Assembly (NCBI GenBank): GCA_012295275.1
Contig: CM022671.1
Span: 11,408,001-11,472,000 of the forward strand
Direction: 5' to 3'
Origin: Chrysomallon squamiferum
Taxonomy: Eukaryota; Animalia; Mollusca
DNA: 64,000 nucleotides
Below, piece after piece: positions 50,807 to 64,000 of this stretch (within the stretch, counting starts at the first letter, position 1; the number at the start of each line of letters is the position of its first letter). The notes under the pieces were generated by a model that was not told the origin of the DNA, did not search any database, and saw only the letters and a program-made list of their open reading frames with translations. Position numbers and translations under genes: made by a program.

Positions 50807-51004
50807 AACTTATTGCAAAGATTATATAAAAATACATTTCCAGGGTTTAATGTAACTAACAGATAACAATTGTAGTGTTCAGCAGCATATAAATTATAAT
50901 AGTAATTTTGATGGAAATAAAGGTTGGCATTCAACGTTCAGAGTAAATTTCCCATTAATTATAACTGCCATCCTAGTAAAAATAGGTTGTTTTTCCAAAA
51001 TTAA

Positions 51005-51601
51005 GGGGACATGTAGTGGGGGTGTGTGGAAAATTGCTATTTTTTAGATTTGAAACAATGGAAATAATCCATTTTTGTAACCATAAAAAACTAGTACATC
51101 TCATGAACATCTACAACCCAAACCTATATATATATATATGCTAGGTCTGATCATAGACACGTGTTTCTTCAAAATAACAGAAAGAAATTAGTCTTTATTT
51201 ACTTACTTCAAAATAATTTTTAAAAAAAATTTAAAGTTTTTTATTAGTATTTTGAACAAATAGAAAAGTTATATGAACAGAAAGGTTAATTTCTCCAAGA
51301 TTTTTCTTGTCATTTCTAGTGTTTGTTTCTAAATATATACATATATAGCAAACCTGGAATCTAGTTTTCATGCAGCATTTTCACAAAAATGTTAAGACAG
51401 AATAAAAAACAAAATGTGATAATTCATATTTCCACTTATTATGACTTTAGGGTTGATGTTATGCATTTGCTTTTGCAAAAAACCTGAAACCTTTATCTGA
51501 AAAAAAATAATTTTTATATACATTTTCTAAATCATCATGTCAAAAAACCAAAAAACTATTTTGTTTATTCAAACTTTGTCATTTTATGCTAGCACGTCCC
51601 C
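51005..51601. mobile_element. Non-autonomous DNA transposon (MITE), Kolobok-like: TTAA TSD, GGGGAC...GTCCCC termini
   Basis: TTAA|GGGGACATGTAG ... CTAGCACGTCCCC|TTAA. A TTAA target with 5'-RR termini fits Kolobok rather than piggyBac (CC termini). Confidence 0.7.
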
Positions 51602-51662
51602 TTAAATGTTTTCCATTTTATGAACTTTACTTTTGAATTTAAAATTTTAAACCTTCAAAATT

Positions 51663-54600
51663 CTACAACAAGGGTGGCACTTCTGCACCTTTCATGGATG
51701 AAGTACTAATGGGTACCGAGTCCAGTAACAGTTCTTCTTTTAACATCTGGGGAAGGATTAGTTCTTTAATTTTACATCGGTTAAACTTCAGGTATCTGCG
51801 TAGATACATGCAGCATATATTTTCTAGAGATGCAACTCCTCGGTATCTTTCCCAGTTTGTCACATCTCTATCACTGGGGTATATGGAATACGAATTGTTT
51901 TTTTGGGTCCAAAGTTTGCAGCACCAGGACTCGAGCGGCAGCTTCTGAATGAAGTGGCTGTAGCTGAGTTCATTTCTGAAAACTGGAAGACATGTTATAT
52001 CCTGGGTGACACTTGCTCCTGATTTGTAGAGTAGGTCACAAACACTTTTGCTGGCTCCAATGAATAAAGCCAATTCCAGCATGTTTTTAAAGTGATACAG
52101 AAGTGGATCTTGAATGTTTGTCACACCAGACATTATCAGCTCTTTCACCAAGTATGGTGAATCTATTGATGAAGAAGAAAAAAAAAAAAACTTTCACTGT
52201 GTTATGATAAACAGTTTATAGCATAAGTTAATGAATGATTTATTACAATAAACACCACACAATTTAATATTAATGTTTAGCAGAATATTTATGTTGTTAG
52301 TTTTTTTATATTTTGTAAGAAGGAAGAAAGACCAATAATCAGTTCTATTCAGTTTCATGTTATTTAGCTAAATCAAAATTCAAAAATATAAAAAGAAAGA
52401 AAGGTCTGTCTGTCTATCTATCTACCTATCTATTTATCTATATATATCCTTTCAATTCTCAATTTTTAAAACTGAAAAAATTTAAAATGTATTTTTAAAA
52501 AGTATTAGGTAAAATAAATATAAATTTCTCTAATATGTTATTCTAATACAATATTAAAGTAATTAACTTACCACTGCTTGCAGCATAAAATAATGGTGAT
52601 CCACCATCCTCACTGACGAGATTTACATCTGCACCATGTTCCATCAGTTTGTGAGCTACTTCAATGTTGTTGCAGTAGCAGCACGTCATCAAGGCAGTCT
52701 GACCATGGCTGTTCTGATAATTAACATCAATGATGTCAGGATGACTAAGCAACAGTTCAACACAGTCTGTAATTTTTCAAATGAACAGAAATTAAATAAA
52801 AGTATTATAGGTCAAATAAACACATTTTCTCGGGTGTGTTCATATGAAATGCAATCATTTCTCTGTGTGCTTACTCTGTATTAAATCTCTGCAGTGAGTA
52901 AAATAAGATCTGTAAACTGACTTGATGAAAACTTCAATTTATTACAGGCTGTTTAAAACAAACTATTCACTGAATTGGGAATTCTGGGCCATTACATTAT
53001 AAATCTGAATACAAACGTTACACAACAATATACAGCACAGGTTATTTAATACATTTATATCAAAACATTTTGAGTTTATCACACTATTCTGGAAAAGTAA
53101 AATTTTTCACCATTTCAAAATGTAAGTGTGTTAAAACCATATTTATATTTTGTTTAATTGGATGACTAAGTCATGTTTTTGTATTCAGTTAATTTGCTGC
53201 TGGTGATAATTTTAATAAATTAAACAACAACAAAAAAAAAAAAAAAAAAAAAAAAAACCTAAAACACCATCCAAAACAACAGACAATTCACAATACCTTT
53301 GAAAAGTAATGAGTCTAAGGCAATCCATAATGTGTAAAAGCTCTTTTATGTGATACACAGTACAGTCTTTTAAAATAAATTATAATTTATTATTTCTAAA
53401 CCTCCAAAATTTTCATCCAACTAACAATTCCAGAAATGTATCCTAGTGTGTTTTTCAAAACGTTTTTTTTTCTGTTTTAAAATTAATTGTGGTATTCTAT
53501 GTTTGTTAAAATTGTACTTGTGGAGATATGAAAATAGTCTAAATATATTCTGCATTCTTCCAAGTTATGTTTCTTTTTCTGTTGTCACATTTTAAAAAAT
53601 AACAAAGTACAACAATAAAAGAGTACATATTAAAAATATTGCATAAAGGGCAGGTCTGTCTTACTCTAAAGTTTCTTCTAGCAACAGAAAACAAATGAGC
53701 TATCAGTCTTCTAATTATGTAATGATGTCATGATTCAGTGCAAATGGGTAAAATCACATCATTTAAATTTTCTGTGATCATATTTTGCTCAAAACATTAA
53801 ATAACATTGTACTGGCAAATATTTATATCCATGAAATATAAAAAAATTTACCCTGTTTAGTTACTTGTATTGCCTTGTAAATCATTCCTTTTTTTTATAT
53901 TTAAAACATTCTGTTTTAAATTTGTAACATCAGCAATCACAACAACCTTTCTCCTGAAATTCTGCCCTGTTCTGTGTATATTTCTAATAAAGATTTCTGA
54001 AATAATAAAAACCTACCTTTAGTCCTTGCAAATTGAAGCAAGGAAAATCCTTCTGAGCCTAATGGCAAAGGATCTATAACAGCTCCAGCATCCAGGAGTA
54101 TTTTAGCACAGGGAAAGTTGTTATTGTCAATGGCAATTGTGAATGCTGTGAAGTTATGTAGTAGAACAGAATGTTCAATGTCAGCACCATATTTCAATAG
54201 TAGTTTAGTTATTTCTACAAACAAAACAAAACAAAAAAAATGTTATTAATAGAAGAAACAATTAAATATTGTATTTAAAACAGGCTTTATGGAATGAATC
54301 TTCAGTTACTTTCTATCATACATAAAGTGAAAGAGGAAATCTATATACAGCCATGCGGTGGGTTACTGGTTTTGTGATTATGGTTTGTATATGATGATGA
54401 TTAAGAGAAGAAGCCCTAAATCACCATTTCAAGAGCTACTGATTAATTAACAGTAAGTAATCTTTTATATGAATCCTCCCATAGACAGGATGTCACATAC
54501 CACATTTCTTAATAAACCACAAACATGACTGTGGTGCCATGGCTGGAGTAGAAGATGGTTAACAGAAGTTAGGAGGCAATTTTTGTTATTCATATTTAAA

Positions 54601-57259
54601 AAGGATTTTCAGCACAATTTGTTGTAGCTAATGTTAAATTGCAATCTGTCAGTGTTTATCTATCATAAAACCTACTTCTTCAATGACTGAAAAGTTTTAT
54701 TCTTTCTCTCATTCTGGTGAATGCATTAAAAACAGAACAAAAGAAAAAACATCAGCTACTAAAATGTGTTTTTATAAATACAATAACGAACATTAAAAAA
54801 TACATTTACTTCACAGTAATAATACAAAATATGTTTAAATTTTTTAAATATTTGGTTTCAATATAATTTATATCTAATATACATATAAAAATATGATTAC
54901 AACTGTTTTATTGCAATTAAATCTGAAGATAACAAATATTAAGATAATAAATAATATAATAAATAACATTTTAAAAAAGTGCCTTATTATAAAGTATCAA
55001 AAGAATACTTAACAGGTTGCTTTACCAAAAATAATATTCATTAAAAATTATAGTAATAATGTTAAAAACAAAAATTAAAAATTAAAAACAGCAGCATAAA
55101 ATAATATCACCTGATGAAAATCTAATTTAATTGTTGCAATACTCTTATCTTTTTAAATGTGAATTAAAATTTTACCTCCACACAGTTTGGGATCTTTTCT
55201 GCCACTTTTAGCTAAGATAGTCAAAGGAGAATTTTTAATCCAGTCAGTTGTGTTCACATCAGCACCAGCTGGAATAAACCCACATATATACATGTCCCTT
55301 TAATATGTCAATTATTCAATTACTCAACAGACTAATTGTTATAAGACAAATTCCGATAATAATGCTTCTTGAGTGCAAAATATTTCTTTAGAATGATATG
55401 GTAATCCAGTTTCTATCACTATCTTAGCAATACTTTTCTCAGTCAGCAAAGAGGTCTATTCTATGTTAATTATCATTTTAATCAGGCAGTTTATTTTAAG
55501 CAGAAAAGAAATTAAAAAGATATGTTCATATTATATGTCAGTAATTTTATTATCCAAAACTGAAACTGTATTTAGTAAAAAAATCAAATTACTTATTACT
55601 TTTAAAGAAGCAGATGTGTTTATTACCACCATATTATTCAGGGATAGTAATACTATAACTGCTGTACATAACATGAAAAAAGAAATCTTGATTAAAAAAC
55701 AAAATAAGTCTTCAGTTAATACCTAGAAGCAAGGCTTCAATAACTTCAAGTGAGCAGTTTTCTGCTGCATAAAGAATAGGATTTTCTTTATTTCCATTAC
55801 GATATTCTGAAACAGTTCTTGATGGTTCTGGAACATTTGGGTTGGCACCGGCTTTAAGCAAGATTTCAACCATTTCCAGATTATCTTTCTTCACAGCTTC
55901 AAGGAGTGGCGTCTCATCTAAATAATTTATTTAAAATATTTATCTTAGGTCTTAATTAAACAGTTATATTAAATGATAATCAGAAAAACATAGTGATGAA
56001 TAATATATAAAATTATATTAATATCAAACTGAAGAAGTAATTTAAAAGATTTGAAACAAAAAATGGTCTCCAATGCAACATACTGAAGCAAAAGATAAAA
56101 ATATCTGACATGATTCCCCACTTTAAGGTAATAATGTAATTTAACAAGAATATATTGATAGAGACAAACATATTTAAAGAATATAAAATAAACTGATGTA
56201 ATATCTACATACAGAAACAAGAACATGTATATAAATAAATATTTTTAAATCTAACATCTCAGTGTAACAACACTTATGCAGACGTAATTAAAAATAGATG
56301 AGAATGTCAGTGTCAATGTAATGTTATTAAAAACATTTTAACTTACCGCTACTAACATTCGGATCTTCTCCATTTATTAAAAGATACCTGACAACATCAT
56401 GAGATAAATTTCTTGATGCACAGTGTAGTAAAAATTTCTTTGCTGTCAAGTTGCATCTCCTTGTACACTTATGATTCAACAAAAGCTTCAGAACTTCAAG
56501 ATTGCCAAAACGACAGGCAACATGCATTGGAGACACTCCTAAACCAGTCACCAAACAAGGTGACAAATTTCTTTTTTTCATTTCTCTCAGTAACATTTTC
56601 ACTATAACTGGATTACCGATAAAACAAGCGAAATGAAGTGGTGTCCGACCTTGTGAATCTGTGACACATGGATTCATGCCATACTGAAGTAATGTCTCAA
56701 TGATCTCTATGTAATTATATTCTATCGCACACATGAATGGTGATCTGGCAGCTAACTGCTGACAGCTATAGTATTCATTATAGAACTCACTGCCACTCGC
56801 CATAAGCAGCTTCACAATGTTTACGTTCCCTTTTAAACACGCCATCTGAAGAGCAGCCCCTGTTGAGTCAAGTTTGCACACTGGTTCATGATCAAGTAAT
56901 AACTGAATATTTTCTAGAATTCCAAATGACACCACAAGTGTTAAAACAGAAACATCTGATGTATTCTCAACAACAGCATAGTGCTCATTTTCCATAACAT
57001 CTTCCTGAAAGCATCTGGCTAGTCGATCAAAATCACTAAGATTGCATGTTGATAAGTCAGCTCCAGAATTCAACAGAATCTCCAGTGCTGATTTATCACG
57101 GGTAATAATAGCAAGGTGGATTAAGGATACACCATGCTTTGTGAAGTTAACTACATCTGTCAGTGTCTGACTGCAATGCTTTGCCTGTTCAAGAAGATCT
57201 TTCAACACTTCAATGTTTCTGTTCTTTACTGCCTCCCATAAATCATTACAGATTTCCAT
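51663..57259 (-). CDS. Ankyrin repeat and SOCS box protein (ASB-like), paralog B; exons 57259-56347, 55917-55723, 55268-55176, 54214-54017, 52766-52572, 52162-51663
   Basis: Ankyrin repeats (GRTPLHFACFIG, GVSPMHVACRFG, ETPLLEAV, GQTALMTCC, GGSPLFYAA) and a SOCS-box-like SLENICCMYLRRYL...IKELILPQMLKEEL. Same six-exon, all-phase-1 structure as paralog A. Confidence 0.88.
53102..53222. repeat. ~120-bp repeat in intron 4 of paralog B, inverted copy of 50688-50806
   Basis: Reverse-complement match read directly. Confidence 0.88.
54330..54555 (-). mobile_element. Decayed SINE (Nin-domain-like molluscan SINE)
   Basis: The minus strand reads TCCAGCCA...TGTGGTATGTGACATCCTGTCTATGGGAGGATTCATATAAAAGATTACTTACTGTTAAT, similar to 62810-62900. 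The family assignment is from memory. Confidence 0.55.
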
Positions 57260-58179
57260 AATTACTGTTCTGAAATTGAAAAATTAATATATGTATATGA
57301 AATAATATTTTTATTATAATGATAGTTTTCACTGAAAAAGATCAAACAACAGAAACAACGAAAAAATAATATGAAACAGATTTCACATATACATTTCTTT
57401 TAATTCATAATCATTTTATTTATAAAAAAACCCCACTGAATAATGTAAGTTGCATTAAATTTACTGATAAATCTAAATTCAGTCGATGTCTAGAAATCAG
57501 AAATACTTTTCATCATGGTCACATAACAAATAAAAATAAATTAACAAATAAATAAATAAAATTATGATTAATAATTTTTTTAAATACTGTTTCAGTAAAA
57601 TGATTTTATGATCTTAAATAATATTTTAAAATTTCCTTCAAAAGTTCTGTAATGTGCAATTATTTTTCTTTTATATTTTCTAAAGCCCTATAAACTTAAC
57701 ACTTTTACAGATATTTATAAAAGTAATTTTATTGATCATTTTCATGTATTAACTTATTCAACTTTCAACTTTTAAAAAATGAATTGAAAATATCTAAATA
57801 ATCATTTATAATAACAGAACTACCTATCGTTTTGTTATTAAGCTTTAGACTAGTATCAAATAACTATCGAGATAAAACAATCACCAAGACCTGTACTCGT
57901 CGACTTTCGCTGTTTACAGAATCAAGTTTCACATCTCCCCGTACTTTCATAACCGGAAAAGAAAAGAAAAATAATAATAAAATTATAAGTAAAATATATA
58001 AATAAATAAATAACATTAGAATAAACCACAATTATTTTAGGATTTTGTTATCTAAAGTATACTTTATATAATTTGTTTTAATTTTTATTATCATTATTAA
58101 TATTCATTTATTTAACTGAAGTGCTTACTAAAACAGCAAAATTTAAAAATATCGTTTCAAGAGTAAATCCTTAATATAT

Positions 58180-58875
58180 TGATGGCGGCCATTTTGCAGT
58201 GTCAAGAATCGGAGCTATTAACTAAACCACTATCAGTGGTAAAACTTCATCGTAGGTATTTGACAAAAACAAAAATAAAAGTCTCAAAAAATAATATAAT
58301 ACCATAAAAGTTAACAGAGTAATACCAATTTATTTAATCCGACAATTTCCTTCCCCTCCTTTTTTTTTTACACGATTTATTGAACTAAAGCTGTGACCTT
58401 ATTTTATTAAATTCTAATAATACTTTTATTAGTTTTAATAGTAATAATAATTGGTTTAAAGCATAAATGAACAGTATGGACGACGAACGATAAAATGCTT
58501 GAAATATAATAATTATAAAACTTTCTGAATGGACACATCTAAAACAAAGAATATATTTATGTGTTGTACAGAATATATATATATATATATAGTTGATAGA
58601 TTTTGGTAGTATTTTGCACAAATGAAGTTAAATATCTGATCTAGATGACCTTTTTTTTTGAAGGGACAGATACTCACTTTTTGTTTTTCATCTTAATAAT
58701 TATGTGAAACTGTTTTTCATCGGAAAAGTAAAATTACTTCAAGAATAACAAAAGGACAAATTAAAAAGCTAAACAAAATTTATTTCTGAAATTTTGAAAA
58801 CTCATACTGGGTTCAATTTTTGTCACATACCTACCTTATTGACTTAATAGCTCCATCCAAGATGGCCGTCATTAC
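58180..58875. mobile_element. Foldback/MITE-like element with long imperfect terminal inverted repeats
   Basis: The left blocks ATGGCGGCCATTTTG / GGAGCTATTAA / GTAGGTATTTGACAAAAA are mirrored in order by the right blocks TTTTTGTCACATACCTAC / TTAATAGCTCC / CAAGATGGCCGTCAT. Confidence 0.7.
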
Positions 58876-58956
58876 AAATAAATGACCATAACTCCCTACC
58901 TATTCACCCTAGGAAGGTGATTTTTGTCTCTATAACTAGGTTTTAGGAGTAAAGCT

Positions 58957-60819
58957 CAGAGAAAACGACAATCGAAAACGGCATCCCACAAGGATCCGTG
59001 ATCTCGCCAACACTCTTCAACATCTACATCAATGACATCGTCACAGCACTCGACCAACAAGACAACGCCACAAATCCACCAACCGAACCAATAAACAAAG
59101 CACTCTTTGCAGACGACTGCGCCCTTTGGCGGGCAGGAAGATCGACCGCAGCAATACATAAACAAATACAAAACGACTTAAAAACATAAACGATTGGGCG
59201 TTGAAATGGGGTATAAAGATTTCTCTTTCGAAAAGCACGTGCCTCCTTTTCAACAAAAAATCAGACAACAGCAAGATCACACTAAACATCGACAACAATG
59301 TCATAACACAAACAAAAACATTCAAATTTCTAGGTGTGACATTCGACAGTCAACTCAACTTTGGATGCCACATACACAACATAATTGCATCCAGCAAAAA
59401 ACCACTCAATCTTCTAAAGCTAATTTCCGGAACCAGTTGGGGAGCTAACGAGTCAACACTAATTTTGATGAACAAAGCGTGTATTCTCTCCAGGCTCAAC
59501 TACGGAGCCACAGCTTACTCGAATGTTCCCGAACACTGTTTAAAAGAACTAAACGTAATTCAATCCAGCGCCCTCAGAGTGATTGGCCACCTACCAAACA
59601 CAACACCATCCGACAGCCTCCTGTCAGAATACAGCATCCAACCACTGAAATACAGAAGAAAGCTGCAGCTATTGAAATACAACCTAAAAATACACACCCT
59701 CAACACAGACCACCCTGTCAAGGATCTGGTCCCCGACCAACAAAGAATAGGGCAACTCTTCAAATTGCATACTCTACTACTATCGAATTTCCCGACAACG
59801 GCCAGCGAAATTGAAAGGGAAACAGGATTAGGACAAAGAAATAAACCACAAAGAAATAAACCCAACAGTAAACACACCTTTCCTGATCAAGACAGAAACA
59901 GACAAAAACAGAGTTCCCACCCTTCAAAAAGGCCATATTTCTAGCAGCAGCAAACGACGACTACAAACAACACATCTACACTGATGGATCCAAAAACCCA
60001 GACAACGGGAGAATAGGATTCGCCTTCATAGCCCAAGATCACATAACCAAACCCACATGCATACAATTCGGCCATATCAGAAATCACCTTTCGGTATACA
60101 TGGCTGAACTGGTTGCCACGATCAGAGCCATTCTGTGGGAAACACAACAACAACAAACACACAGTCATATTCTCGGACAGCCTAAGTTCTGTCGTCTCAG
60201 TACAATCTGGACATTCCAGCAGACCAGACCTACTCAGCAGAATACAACATCTACAGCAGAATACAACACAACGACAAACAACTAATCATCAAGTGGCTCC
60301 CAGTACATGCCAGCATCATCGGCAATGACCTACACCAAAGAGTCACTCAGCATCAAAGACGAAGACATCTGCACAGACATACACTACGGAATAAACGAAA
60401 TTCTTTCCATCGCAGCCAAACATTACAACAAACAATGGCAAAACGAATGGAACAACACCAAAAACAAATGACATTTGAACATCAAACCGTTCACCAAAAC
60501 ACCCAAAATCACACTCACCAACAAACTACACAACAACAACCTCACCAAAGCCAGAATTGGTTACTCGACCAACTTAAATGCAATCCGATACCAATACCAC
60601 ACCACCACATCACCCAACTGCAGCTGTGGACTCTCTGAAACCATCAAACACTACTTGTTTCACTGTCAAAATTTCGCCAAGGAAAGACAAGCACTACACA
60701 ACACATTGGAGGAACTAAAAATCTATTTCAGGCTCCAAAACATCCTGGCACCAAACACAAAAGACAGAGAGTTAGTTCTCGCTGCAGTAACAACATACAT
60801 TCTGAACACAAAGCACTAA
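58957..60819 (+). mobile_element. 5'-truncated, frameshifted non-LTR retrotransposon ORF2 (RT + RNase H + CCHC knuckle; I-group-like)
   Basis: RT motifs NGIPQGSVISPTLFNIYINDI, LFADD, KFLGVTFD; RNase H motifs IYTDGS, MAEL, IFSDSLS, IIGND; C-terminal CSCGLSETIKHYLFHC. Split across frames by stops and frameshifts; strongly A/C-rich sense strand. Confidence 0.92.
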
Positions 60820-61729
60820 CTCTAGTTTTTTTGGGGGGGGGGTTGACACAAAAACAAACGACAATTGAATGAATTTATTGACTTACAGATTGATTGGTTG
60901 AACAGGCGATGGATCTACGGATGGAACGGCTGATTGACGGATCAATTAGAGTGGCCAATTAAATTAATAATTAAAAACAAAACTATACATGCTTTATGCA
61001 CCTACTTTCAGACCATACTAACCTTGGTTTTTTTTTTGGGGGGGGGTTTCCCTTCTCTTGTAAATAAGTTCATGTTCTTATTCTTGGCTGCAAATATTTA
61101 TAACATCTTTTAAATTAAAATAGAAAAATAAAATAAAATAAAATAAAATAAAATAAAATAAAATAAAATGTAAATAAGTTAACTAAACTTATGTTATTCT
61201 TTTTAGTTACAGGTGTTAACAGCATCCTTTTAATCAATAAAAAGACCATTGGCAACAAAAAAAAAAAAGAAAAAAAAATTGGAATTGTTGGACCAGAAGA
61301 AAGCAGCCAAAAAGAACAAAGAAATATCAGCACCAGCCGAGAAGAGGCCAGACAAACAGGACGCAACCAACTCGGACCCGGTGATGACTAGGAGAGCTTC
61401 AACGAGCCAGACAAGTACCTGAAACAACAAGGAGCAGATAACGTGTACGAAACATCGGAACCGACTCGTTACGATCCGATATGTTAGACACTTCCTTGTG
61501 TCCTGCAATCATAATGAGAACCCATTCTCTTTCCTTAGCCAAAACTCTTTTCTGCGACAGACACGCCCGCTGACCTGTCAGAAAGCGTGCCTGTCGCAGA
61601 CGTGCTTCACAACAGCTTGCTCTGATTAGCACATTAATTTTTTTTCATTCATTCAAAGCTATCCATTAGAACTAAGTATAGATTGTCCTGAGTACTATGG
61701 GTACAATACAGAGTCATTCAGCACAACCA

Positions 61730-61969
61730 AAGATGAGGGCTATTTACCTTCCCTTAATAGACATGAAGCTGTCACACCCAGATACCATGATGACATCAAT
61801 GGCCTTTGCACAGGTCTGCACATGCAATATTGGGCAACAGTTCATAGTTTTTACTGGTGATCTGCAGCTGTACAGGGCCACTCAAGAAGTTCAGTGGACT
61901 TTTCCAGAAAGATTCTCAAATGTTATTCTACGATTGGGAGGGATGCACTCTCTAATGAACTTTTCATGA
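61730..61969 (+). mobile_element. Academ-superfamily transposase fragment
   Basis: YLPLIDM...PDTMMTSM...GQQFIVFTGDLQLYR...W.FPERF..VILRLGGMHSLMNF matches the remembered Academ transposase core (DQQLY / RLGGMH). Confidence 0.7.
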
Positions 61970-62769
61970 ATTTCTCAAATTGCTCAAGGGTGACAACATG
62001 TCATCAAGCAGTTTCTGAAAATAGAGATCCTTGGCTATCAAAATCAACAGTTAAAAATAATTTAATACAACAATGCAGGGACAACCCTCTCTCCTGCCTG
62101 ACTAAAACAACACACAACTCAACAGCAAATATTCATAGTAAAAGATGTTTAAAAAGCCGATTTTTACACATTTTGTACAGTGATTGGTTGAAATGTTACT
62201 GTCTGCTGTTACCTAATTATTATTATTAGAAATGTTGAAAATGGTTCACTGTTAAGTGCATAAATAGTTACAACATTGGAATATCCAATCCAGCAGAATA
62301 TAAAAACTTGTGTTTTCACATACTTACCAGTTACACTAACATATTGATGATGTATGGGAACAATTAAAAATAATAATAATATTTAAAGAAAAATAGGTAT
62401 TTAAACTTAACCTTCATATAACCATCTATCTATCATCCATTGGCTTTCCACTATTTTTGACCTTACTATATTTTTTTCTTTGCCAAACTTTTTGTAATGA
62501 TCACAGAAAAGAACATTAGTAATATATATATATATAACAGCTCCAGCAAAGCAATAACCATTTCAGACATGTAATTAATTATTTTGCATTTATATTAATC
62601 ACATCGAAATGTTGATCATTTGACAGTAGAAGTAATTTGAACAGACTGAATTATTTAAAATATTTTTTTTTGTATCTAATGAAAACAAGAAAATATCTGT
62701 TACTGTTTCGATACAGACACACATATTTTTGTTTGTTTGTACATTAATAAAATATTCTCAAAACACCTA

Positions 62770-62980
62770 AAGACCAATCCATCATGTTGGGTTTTTAGAG
62801 TAATCCACATTCCAGCCAGTGCTTCATAACAAAGACTGTTTTGTATTATCATGTCTATGGGATGGTGTACATCAAAGATTCCTCGCTACTAATTGGAAAG
62901 AGTTGACAGTAGGTTTCCTTCTTCATTTGAGTGTCCATTTGTAAATCTGTTTAGTGCATTATTAAATACATTATTTCCTC
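62770..62980 (+). mobile_element. Decayed SINE (Nin-domain-like molluscan SINE)
   Basis: TTCCAGCCAGTGC...TGTCTATGGGATGGTGTACATCAAAGATTCCTCGCTACTAATTGGAAAGAGT...GGTTTCCT, with a second copy at 54.4 kb. Confidence 0.6.
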
Positions 62981-64000
62981 TCATCCATAAAATACTTTAA
63001 AATGGTTAATACAGAGAATCACCAATGTATAGTGACATCTGTGTTGGTTTGTTAATGCACATTAATCAGGCTGCTTGAGTTCATTCTTGGTATAATCAGG
63101 TTAAGATTCTACCACATTTGATTTTCCTGTAATTACTTTGAATGAGTTTGAAATAGGATTGGTTGGTAACATAAAAGAACTAGTTACTTGTCCAGTCAGT
63201 TATTTTACTTGTTAAACAAGTGATTTTACTTCTTCTGGGCAGCTGGACAGTAACTGATTTTGAGTCACCCTCTCATTCATACACACATACAAATACAAAC
63301 AAAATGGCTGACATAAGCACCTGTGAGACACAGACTTTATTGTTCATATACAAAAACATATTTTGAAGAAAATAGTAAATGTGATTATTATTTTAAAAGA
63401 CAAACCACAAGTTTAAAAAATTAAAGGCTTCCAGTTCTTACCAATATTAATTTATATACATTATATTAAAATGATAAAAAAAATATTTTTTAAATATACT
63501 TTCTGAACATTTTCCAAATGGTATAAATTTTGCTGGCATAAATATTCAAGCCAGAATATTAAATAAACATTAAATTATTTCAAAATAAAAATAATTTTAA
63601 AAATGTTGTCTTCTGTAAACAAAGTGAATTACACACATATTATTTTTCTTTTTCTTTATTTTACTTTATCAACATTTTAAAGTTTTGTGAATAACTTAAA
63701 AATAATAATTATAATTATTAGTATTATAAATACTGACTATAATCATAAAAAGCAAAATGGAAGGGAAAATAAAAACAGTAAATAATTTACAGCTTCAGAA
63801 TTGTCTACCATGACAACTTACTACAATACCAAACAGTCACTGAGATAGAAATTCTAAATATTAGTAGGAACTCTAACAACTAGCTTCTTGTTAGCACTTA
63901 ATCTCAGTTATAAAAAAAAAGTTTAATATAGTATCTGACATTGTAATTAACATTAAATGTTTTACAAATATAAGAAACAGTAATTTATTATTTTGATGCT

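Overview
AT-rich animal genomic DNA with GT-AG introns, probably a mollusc (the Rho protein resembles Aplysia Rho, and there are Nin-SINE-like repeats). In order it contains: the last 5 exons of coatomer gamma (COPG, +); a 13-coding-exon PTPDC1-like phosphatase gene (-) with tandem repeats built from or abutting its own splice sites and one frameshifted exon; an orphan 210-aa ORF with a C-terminal hydrophobic segment (+); a Rho1/RhoA locus (-); two convergent paralogous ankyrin-repeat/SOCS-box genes; and transposon relics (RTE, RT+RNase H LINE, Academ, Kolobok-like MITE, SINEs). The most notable system is the Rho locus. One shared first coding exon (aa 1-52) can splice to either of two duplicated 423-nt terminal exons, giving two complete 192-aa Rho GTPases that differ at 23 residues. 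The duplicates are nearly identical in their 5' third and diverged elsewhere. The intron between them and the shared exon also carries a multi-hairpin element and a candidate RBFOX-flanked poison exon. Exon coordinates and alignments were derived by eye from splice signals, frame continuity and remembered homologues; no database search was run.
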